Assembly (NCBI GenBank): GCA_002729175.1
Contig: PBTS01000026.1
Coordinates: 65,320 to 77,057 of the forward strand
Source of the DNA: Fidelibacterota bacterium
GTDB lineage: Bacteria > Fidelibacterota > Marinisomatia > Marinisomatales > S15-B10
DNA length: 11,738 nucleotides
Direction: 5' to 3'
The notes under the pieces were generated by a model. That model saw only the letters and a program-made list of their open reading frames with translations. It ran no database searches and was not told the origin of the DNA. Of the stretch, positions 1-6,541 are shown piece by piece. Position 1 is the stretch's first letter. Each line of letters opens with the position of its first letter. Both the position numbers and the translations under genes were made by a program.

Positions 1-342
1 ACTTCCACACCGAATATGCTGGACCTAAAATGGGGCCCAATCATCGGTGGTTTGATCATCAGTGAAAAGACATGGAGTAAACTTCCTATTGAATATCACG
101 CCATTCTGGAGAGAATCAGCAAAGAGATGGAAACGGAGGCAAGAGCTTTGGTCTCTGAAAAGAACGAGGCTCTCCAGGTGATGGTTGAAAACGGCCTCAC
201 CATTCATCAGCCGTCCGCTGAAGATCGCGAAGCATGGGAAGAATTGACCGTGTCTTTCTACCCCCTAATAAGAGGGAGCTTGGTTCCCGAGGGAATTTTT
301 GACAGGGCAATTAAGCTCAAAAAGGATTTGATAGAAAAGTGA
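1..342 (+). CDS. dctP: TRAP transporter substrate-binding protein (DctP family), C-terminal part only; 5' end lies outside the window
   Basis: The frame is open from base 1 (TSTPNMLDLKW...), so the ATG at 16 is probably internal. It has the DctP C-terminal pattern 'GGLIISEKTWSKLP ... EALQVMVENGLTIHQPS..DREAW'. The TGA stop (340-342) overlaps the GTG/ATG start of the TRAP permease. Confidence 0.85.
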   Translation, partial: TSTPNMLDLKWGPIIGGLIISEKTWSKLPIEYHAILERISKEMETEARALVSEKNEALQVMVENGLTIHQPSAEDREAWEELTVSFYPLIRGSLVPEGIFDRAIKLKKDLIEK

Positions 343-2153
343 TGAACCTTTCTGAAAGATCAGCACAGGTAGTTGTCAGAACGTTTGAACGGTGGGAAAA
401 CACGCTGGCTTTGGCAGCACTTATTGCCATGGCTTTCCTGCCATGTGTGGAGGCTATCACCCGTGTCATGGGTGTTCCGGGAGTTCCCGGCTCTACCGTT
501 ATTGTACAGCACATGACGCTCTGGATCGGTTTCTTGGGTGCGATTATTGCCGCCCGGGAGAGCCGGCTCCTTTCGCTCACAAAACCAGTAGAGATAGAAA
601 CAGATGAAAGGAAGGGATTCAGTTACTGGTTTGCCAGAAGTGTGGCTGTCACAGTGAGTCTTATCCTTGCCTATGCCAGTTTCAAACTGGTGAAGATCGA
701 ATCAGAATATCCCAGAGATATCCTGCCGGGTATTCCGATCTGGGTAGTGGAAGTGATCATGCCCCTCGGTTTCTTCCTCATTGCCATGGAAATGTTGCGG
801 ACGAGCAAGAAAGAACCTGTTTTTAGAGCTTTGCTCATTGCTATTCCTATCGTTATTGGGGCCATCGGATTGGGGGAGACACTCCAAACGCCAGTAGTTC
901 TGTGGGTTGGCGTTTTCGCAGTCATTCTATCTCTTGCCTTTGGGGCTCCCATTTTTATTGGACTGGGTGGTCTTGCAGTTCTCTTTTTCTGGCATGACGG
1001 GGTCCCTATTGCCGCGGTGCCGGCAGAAATGTATCGAATAGTTGTTTCACCGACGCTTCCCACAATTCCTCTTTTTACCTTGGCAGGTTATATTCTTGCA
1101 CAGGGTGGAGCCTCCAAACGGCTTGTGGAAGTGTTCCGGCACTGGTTTGGGTGGATTCCCGGTGGAACACCCGTCATGATTACCCTTCTCTGTGGCTTTT
1201 TCACGACACTTACTGGTGGTTCCGGCGTCACCATCCTGGCGCTGGGGGGACTTCTGCTTCCCATGCTTATCTCCGAAAAGTATCCTCGCGAATTCTCTGT
1301 GGGACTTATCACGGTATCAGGCTCTCTTGGACTGCTTTTTCCACCCAGTCTCCCAGCCATCATCTACGGTGTGACGGCAGGTGTCCCCATAAACAAGATT
1401 TTTCTGGCTGGTATTGTCCCGGGCTTTTTCCTGGTTGCCATGGTAGCAGCGTGGGGCGTGCGCCAGGGATTTATTTCGAAAGTTCCCAGGAGACCATTCC
1501 GTCCGGCGGAAGCATTTCAAGCTTTTTGGAAAGCGAAATGGGAAGCTTTTATCCCCGTCTTTATTCTCATTGGTATCTTTGGTGGATTTACCACGCTGGT
1601 GGAAGTGGCGGCGCTTACGGTTGTTTATGTTCTAATCGTTGAAGTGTTTGTCTACAGAGATTTGAAACTGAACGATCTTCCCAAGGTGATTGTTGATTGC
1701 GCTACGCTAGTAGGCGGTGTATTGATCATTCTTGGAGTGGCTATGGGGTTCACCAGTTATCTGGTAGATGCTCAGGTACCACTCCTAGCTCTGGACTGGG
1801 CCAGAGAGAATATTCAGAACAAGTATGTGTTCCTTTTGGCACTAAACGTACTGTTACTTGTCGTCGGTTGTCTCATGGATATCTTTTCTGCCATCATTGT
1901 TGTTGTGCCACTCATTAAACCCATGGGTGCCCACTTTGGGATAGATCCTGTTCATATGGCGGTAATATTCATCGCAAATCTGGAACTCGGTTACCTTACA
2001 CCACCTGTAGGAATGAACCTTTTCCTGTCGGCGTATCGTTTCAACCGCTCCATGCCTGAAGTGTATAAGGCAACTTTACCGTTCTTCATCATCCTGCTTC
2101 TGGCAGTACTTGCTATTACATATATCCCAGCTCTGTCACTCGCTCTATTGTGA
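339..2153 (+). CDS. TRAP transporter fused small+large permease (DctQM)
   Basis: 604 aa, very hydrophobic. The N-terminal ~170 aa resemble DctQ (QHMTLWIGFLGAIIAARE). The rest carries DctM motifs: IPLFTLAGYIL, GSLGLLFPPSLPAIIYG, KIFLAGIVPG, FGIDPVHMAVIFIANLELGYLTPPVGMNLF. The start may be GTG 339 or ATG 342. Confidence 0.93.
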   Translation: MMNLSERSAQVVVRTFERWENTLALAALIAMAFLPCVEAITRVMGVPGVPGSTVIVQHMTLWIGFLGAIIAARESRLLSLTKPVEIETDERKGFSYWFARSVAVTVSLILAYASFKLVKIESEYPRDILPGIPIWVVEVIMPLGFFLIAMEMLRTSKKEPVFRALLIAIPIVIGAIGLGETLQTPVVLWVGVFAVILSLAFGAPIFIGLGGLAVLFFWHDGVPIAAVPAEMYRIVVSPTLPTIPLFTLAGYILAQGGASKRLVEVFRHWFGWIPGGTPVMITLLCGFFTTLTGGSGVTILALGGLLLPMLISEKYPREFSVGLITVSGSLGLLFPPSLPAIIYGVTAGVPINKIFLAGIVPGFFLVAMVAAWGVRQGFISKVPRRPFRPAEAFQAFWKAKWEAFIPVFILIGIFGGFTTLVEVAALTVVYVLIVEVFVYRDLKLNDLPKVIVDCATLVGGVLIILGVAMGFTSYLVDAQVPLLALDWARENIQNKYVFLLALNVLLLVVGCLMDIFSAIIVVVPLIKPMGAHFGIDPVHMAVIFIANLELGYLTPPVGMNLFLSAYRFNRSMPEVYKATLPFFIILLLAVLAITYIPALSLALL

Positions 2154-2165
2154 GAGGACAAAGTT

Positions 2166-2193
2166 TTGACAAATGATTGAAGGCAGGTATATT
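2166..2193 (+). promoter_or_regulatory. Putative sigma70-type promoter for porV and downstream genes
   Basis: Perfect -35 TTGACA (2166-2171), 16-nt spacer, then -10-like TATATT (2188-2193, 5/6 match to TATAAT). It lies in the 115-bp gap upstream of porV. Confidence 0.6.
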
Positions 2194-2268
2194 AAACGAT
2201 TGTCTCTATTAAGAGGATGTTCGGAACAGACGGGACAGAATTGAGTTAAAAAGGCACTTTTTGCACAA

Positions 2269-3606
2269 ATGATGAAACAGTTGAGGAAAACAACCCTTTT
2301 TCTGACAGTGACTGCTCTGTTTATGAGCGCTTCAACTCTCAGAGCAGGGAGTGAAGCGGGAGCTCTGTTCCTGCTTATTTCTCCCGGTGCCCGTGCCGGG
2401 GGAATGGGGGAAGCCCAGGTAGCCGTTGCAAACGATGCTTATGCCAGCTACTGGAACCCTGCGGGCCTGGCATTTTTGGAAGGTTCTGAGGCGGCTCTAA
2501 TGCATGTTAATTGGTTGCCTAACCTCGTCTCTGACATGTACTATGAATTTATTGCCTTTCGTCATCATGTACCTACCTTGGGTACGTTGGGTGGGCACAT
2601 CATTTTCCTTAACCTTGGTGAACAGCAGCGTACTGATGAACAAGGCGAGAATCTCGGAACATTTACCAGCTTCATGTTCGCTGCCACCGGTTCCTACGGT
2701 GCATTCATTTCCCGGAACGCGGCCATCGGTCTCAACGTGAAGTTGCTACATCAAAAGCTGGCCGAAATTGGCGCTGGTGCTGAGAAAGGGAAGGGTGTTA
2801 CCACAGATTTTGCCTTCGATCTTGCCTATCTTCAGAAAGGTTTTCTTTCCAACAGACTGGATATGGGTGTGACAGTCACCAATATTGGACCAAAGATTGC
2901 TTTTATCGATGAAGCACAGGCCGATCCCATGCCCACAAATTTCACCCTTGGCCTGAATTTCAAACTCGTGGACACCGAGTATAATAAACTTAACATTGTT
3001 ATGGATATTGACAAGATGCTTGTGGCATCCTATCCCGACATGGACTGGGACAGTGACGGTGCTGTGGGTATGTACGACAAAAAAGGGAAGTATGTGGGCC
3101 CCAGTGGGAGCTACAATTCAAATGGTAGTATAGAGAAAGCTCATACCGATCCAATCTACCTTGGCATTTTTACTTCTTGGGTGGATGACTGGCTCCTGGG
3201 AGGCGACATTGACCGCCCCGGGAAAAATGGTGTGTCGGACGGGAAAATTGGTGGCTACACAAAGGATGCCACCGGCAAGTTTGTTCCTACAGAGGCGGAG
3301 TGGGGAGATTCTGGCTATGGGAAGTATAACGATGCTGGAGAACTTGAGGTGGGTACTGGCAGGTCGAGAACGCTTCAAAACGAACTGGATGAGACGGTGC
3401 TGAACCTCGGTGCTGAATATTGGTACTCTCGTTACTTTGCTTTGAGGGCTGGTTACTATTACGATAAGACAGGAAAGATTCATAATCCCACGTTCGGCGT
3501 GGGACTCAGGTTTTCGGGCTATGGCTTTGATGCAGGTTTCACCCTTGGAGAACCGGGGCACCCTCTCACCAATACCATGCGATTCTCTCTCAATATTGAA
3601 TTCTGA
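2269..3606 (+). CDS. porV: Type IX secretion system outer-membrane shuttle PorV (FadL-like beta-barrel) with enlarged loop insertions
   Basis: Signal peptide (...ASTLRA). PorV-family N-terminal motif FLLISPGARAGGMGEA..A.ANDAYASYWNPA, plus NIGPKI, PMPTNFTLG, LGAEYWY..YFALRAGYY and C-terminal HPLTNTMRFSLNIEF ending in Phe (beta-signal). Confidence 0.85.
   Translation: MMKQLRKTTLFLTVTALFMSASTLRAGSEAGALFLLISPGARAGGMGEAQVAVANDAYASYWNPAGLAFLEGSEAALMHVNWLPNLVSDMYYEFIAFRHHVPTLGTLGGHIIFLNLGEQQRTDEQGENLGTFTSFMFAATGSYGAFISRNAAIGLNVKLLHQKLAEIGAGAEKGKGVTTDFAFDLAYLQKGFLSNRLDMGVTVTNIGPKIAFIDEAQADPMPTNFTLGLNFKLVDTEYNKLNIVMDIDKMLVASYPDMDWDSDGAVGMYDKKGKYVGPSGSYNSNGSIEKAHTDPIYLGIFTSWVDDWLLGGDIDRPGKNGVSDGKIGGYTKDATGKFVPTEAEWGDSGYGKYNDAGELEVGTGRSRTLQNELDETVLNLGAEYWYSRYFALRAGYYYDKTGKIHNPTFGVGLRFSGYGFDAGFTLGEPGHPLTNTMRFSLNIEF
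3037..3348 (+). repeat. Degenerate protein-level duplication inside PorV (copy 1 about 3037-3135, copy 2 about 3205-3348)
   Basis: DMDWD-SDGAVGMY-DKKGKYV-GPSG-SYNSNGSIE versus DIDRPGKNGVSDGKIGGYTKDATGKFVPTEAEWGDSGYGKYNDAGELE. Shared pattern DxD..SDGx(V/I)GxY..DxxGK(Y/F)V..GxSG..YNxxGx(I/L)E. Aligned by eye. Confidence 0.6.
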
Positions 3607-3621
3607 GGATTTCTGCAAATT

Positions 3622-3664
3622 CATAATAAAGTCCTGCCTTTTCTGACGGCGGGACTTTATTGTG
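3622..3664 (+). terminator. Long stem-loop after porV: intrinsic terminator/attenuator or mRNA-stabilising hairpin
   Basis: Arms CATAATAAAGTCCTGCC (3622-3638) and GGCGGGACTTTATTGTG (3648-3664) pair over 17 bp with two G-U wobbles around a 9-nt loop. The GC core is followed by TTTATT, an imperfect U-tract. Confidence 0.7.
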
Positions 3665-3668
3665 CCAA

Positions 3669-6506
3669 ATGATCTGGCGACTGCTCCTAATCTGTCTGTT
3701 CGTCATTCCTCTCCGCGCCCAACTGGTACTTGAGAAGGAGGCTGTTTCTGTTCTGGGCATACGGGTCAGTTTTAGCTTAGATGACGACTTTTCTTCCACG
3801 GGTAACGGTACATTTCTCGCCGAGCCAGAATTGGAGCAGTGCGGTAATTATCTTATCGATCCGCCCCCCCACAACAAGGATTATTTTGAAGCGCACCTCC
3901 GGGCAGTTGATAACTACTACCAGTCCGTCTCCAGAGGAAAATTCGGTATCGATCTGGACAGTTCCGTCATTCTGCCGGAGGAGGCATCTTTAAGCTATCA
4001 GCTTGATGAGACACTGTCGAGTTTTTACCCTTACGATGATGATCAGGCTCAACAGCAAGGACTGGCTCGTTTTTTCGAAGAAAGCCTAAAGGCGGCTTAC
4101 GCTGAAGATGTAATGAATTTCGACCAATATGATGTTGTTGTTATCTTTCATGCTGGTATTGGTCAAGACTTTGCCCTTCCGTTCATAGATCCAACCCAGA
4201 CTGATATTCCATCCACATATATCGATTCTCAGTTCCTGGAAGAACAGTTGGGTACCGGATCCATCACTTTCGCAAATGGTTCAACCGTTTCTTCCGGGAT
4301 CATTTTACCGGAGACACAGAATCATCTTCTTTATAATGTTTCATCAGAAATATTTTCCGGCGTTTCGCAGCCGTGTGATTATCAGTTCGGATTGACCGGA
4401 ACATTTGCCCTTATGTTCGGCTTTGCAGTGGGGCTTCCGCCACTTTGGAACTTGGAAACCGGGGAAAGTGGCGTAGGGATGTTTGCTCTCATGGATCAGG
4501 GATCGAACAACGGTAGAGGTCTGGTTCCTTCCCCACCTGATCCGTGGACGAGGATCTGGGCCGGATGGGAGTCAGCGCGAATCGTAGCACCCACGCAAGA
4601 CGTCACCTTGGTGGCCAGAGATTCCGTTGCCGATGAAATAGTTCGGGTGAACATTTCTACCGATGAATATTTTCTCATCGAAAACCGCAACAACTGGGTG
4701 AGAGAGAATGTTGATATCGATTCCATGAGGTGGGCCCTTTCGGTTATGGATATCGCTCAGCTGAGCTATGTTGAAGTACTCTTAGATTCGGTAAACCTCC
4801 AGCGGGATAGTATAACGGGGGTGATAACATCTGTCCTCAACTATGATCTGGGCCTGCCCGGTTCAGGTTTGCTTATCTGGCATATTGACGAGGAAAGAAT
4901 AACCGGAGGATTTGCGAGTCAGACGGTGAATGGTGCTCGTGATAGACGTGGCATCGATTTGGAAGAAGCCGACGGTGCCCAGGATATGGGATACCCTTCG
5001 GTTTTTCTGTTTACTGATCCGTCAGCGGGGCTCTGGTCAGATATGTGGTTCGATGGAAACAGCCAGTACACCATCGCCAACCCGGCGTTCATGAATCAAT
5101 CGCCCTCTTTCGGCCCGGACACCTACCCCAGCACTCAATCAAACAGCGGTGCCGATTCGTACCTGGAGATTAATGACATATCCAAGGCAGGAAAAGTGAT
5201 GGCATTTACACTGGCCAATTCTCTTTTGGCAGACGGATTCCCAGATTCATCTTTGCAGATGGAGTTTCTTTACGATTTTGATGGCGATGGTGAAAATGAA
5301 ATCATTGGTATGTCGGATTCATTATGGTGGTCCGATTCGGGCGAGATTAAGCCTGAAGGGATTACACCTCGTCCAGCTGGCGACTATCGCCTGGCAATTA
5401 CCAATAGCGGTCCGACTCCAGAGCTTGTTCTTACTTCTGAACGAGACAGTTTACTTGCTGTGGAGGTGATATCTTATTCTTCACCCATTTCCGGGTTTGA
5501 GTCCAAATGGTCAGCCAGCTTGCAACGAGCTCTCCCGACAAGGGTTGTTGGTTATGCTAACACTTCGAAAGTTGGTCTGCATTATGACGATCACATTGTA
5601 ATTATTACACCCGATTCTTTGTGGGAAGAAATGACGGATGAAGGATTGACTGCTTCGTGGTGGACAAAGGGTCCCCAAGTAAATTTAGGCTCCGTTGTAC
5701 ACACTCCTGGAGAGGGATTGGTCAGCATGGCCCATGGTGGTACATACACAGGCTTTGAAGAGGTCAGTTTTGTTTCTCTTGGTGTGGTCGATTTGGACGT
5801 TGACGCAGAGTTGGAGATCATTGCCACTGATAAGGAAGGGGTGATCTACGCCTTGAACCAAAATCTCACCCTTTTGAGCGGTTTCCAGTTGGATTTGGAG
5901 GCAACAGGTTCTGTTCTGGCCGGGCAGATCACGGGAGATGATAATCCTGAGATTGTGACAAAAACTTCTCAAGGGGATGTTTTGATTATTGACTGGACCG
6001 GTAGGATAAATTTTCACCTGGCCGGAGATGCAACAAGTGAGCTGAAGATGCTTACAAACTATCAGGGGAGAAATGCTGTCGTTGCCTCTTCAGAAATATG
6101 GCTATTTGATGAAGCAACGGAAAATGAAGGCAACTCATGGCCGTCCGAGCACGGCGGCATGCTCAACGGCCGATTTTTTTCAGGTTCTCTGTCGGGGTCA
6201 CCTGTTTCAGCTAACAGCGGTATTCTTGACAAAAAGAAAACATACTGTTACCCAAACCCTGCTGAAAATGGTTCCGCTACACTTAGGGTGACCGTCGGTG
6301 AAGCCGATAACATCATAATCAGCATATACGATCTGGCAGGGTTTTTTGTGGAACGTTTCGAGATTGCTACTGTTCTTCCAAATGAAGTGAATGAAGTTAT
6401 CTGGGATGTAAGTCAGGTGGAAAGCGGTGTTTACTTTGCCAATGTGGAAGCTTCTTCAGCCGGGGAATCGGCATCCAAGATTCTCAAGATCGCTGTCATC
6501 AACTGA
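3669..6506 (+). CDS. T9SS type A sorting-domain protein: M6 (immune inhibitor A-like) peptidase scaffold with degenerate active site, FG-GAP-like repeats and CTD
   Basis: ATG 3669 gives a clean signal peptide MIWRLLLICLFVIPLRA|Q (the ORF-track TTG 3660 lies inside the hairpin). M6 scaffold motifs: YYQSVSRG, VIFHAG.G, GVG.FALMDQGS, PWTRIWAGW, EYFLIENR, GLLIWHIDE, FGPDTYPST.SN.G, I.DIS..G..M.F. FG-GAP-like motifs: DFDGDGENEII, DLDVDAELEII, QITGDDNPEIV. Type A CTD: YPNP...IYDLAG...WDV...SGVYF...KIAVIN (about 6243-6503). Confidence 0.85.
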   Translation: MIWRLLLICLFVIPLRAQLVLEKEAVSVLGIRVSFSLDDDFSSTGNGTFLAEPELEQCGNYLIDPPPHNKDYFEAHLRAVDNYYQSVSRGKFGIDLDSSVILPEEASLSYQLDETLSSFYPYDDDQAQQQGLARFFEESLKAAYAEDVMNFDQYDVVVIFHAGIGQDFALPFIDPTQTDIPSTYIDSQFLEEQLGTGSITFANGSTVSSGIILPETQNHLLYNVSSEIFSGVSQPCDYQFGLTGTFALMFGFAVGLPPLWNLETGESGVGMFALMDQGSNNGRGLVPSPPDPWTRIWAGWESARIVAPTQDVTLVARDSVADEIVRVNISTDEYFLIENRNNWVRENVDIDSMRWALSVMDIAQLSYVEVLLDSVNLQRDSITGVITSVLNYDLGLPGSGLLIWHIDEERITGGFASQTVNGARDRRGIDLEEADGAQDMGYPSVFLFTDPSAGLWSDMWFDGNSQYTIANPAFMNQSPSFGPDTYPSTQSNSGADSYLEINDISKAGKVMAFTLANSLLADGFPDSSLQMEFLYDFDGDGENEIIGMSDSLWWSDSGEIKPEGITPRPAGDYRLAITNSGPTPELVLTSERDSLLAVEVISYSSPISGFESKWSASLQRALPTRVVGYANTSKVGLHYDDHIVIITPDSLWEEMTDEGLTASWWTKGPQVNLGSVVHTPGEGLVSMAHGGTYTGFEEVSFVSLGVVDLDVDAELEIIATDKEGVIYALNQNLTLLSGFQLDLEATGSVLAGQITGDDNPEIVTKTSQGDVLIIDWTGRINFHLAGDATSELKMLTNYQGRNAVVASSEIWLFDEATENEGNSWPSEHGGMLNGRFFSGSLSGSPVSANSGILDKKKTYCYPNPAENGSATLRVTVGEADNIIISIYDLAGFFVERFEIATVLPNEVNEVIWDVSQVESGVYFANVEASSAGESASKILKIAVIN

Positions 6507-6541
6507 CAAAGGAAAACAGACCAAAATTTCCATTTGAAAGC

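Noticed and set aside
16..18. ATG at 16 as the start of a 108-aa protein
   Set aside because: The frame is open to the window edge and the sequence matches only the C-terminal third of DctP, so it is a truncated view of a longer gene.
2248..2262. Small inverted repeat AAAAAG-GCA-CTTTTT just upstream of porV
   Set aside because: A 6-bp AT-rich stem with a 3-nt loop is too weak to call a regulatory structure.
3660..3668. TTG start at 3660 given by the ORF track
   Set aside because: It lies inside the hairpin arm; ATG 3669 gives a more typical signal peptide.
3864..3870. C7 homopolymer as a possible phase-variation tract in the T9SS cargo gene
   Set aside because: It is short, in frame, and explained by the DPPPH Pro codons; there is no evidence of slippage.
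3669..6506. Calling this gene an active immune inhibitor A protease, porU, or a pseudogene
   Set aside because: The zinc ligands are absent, no gingipain/C25 features were recognised, and the ORF is intact with both signal peptide and CTD.
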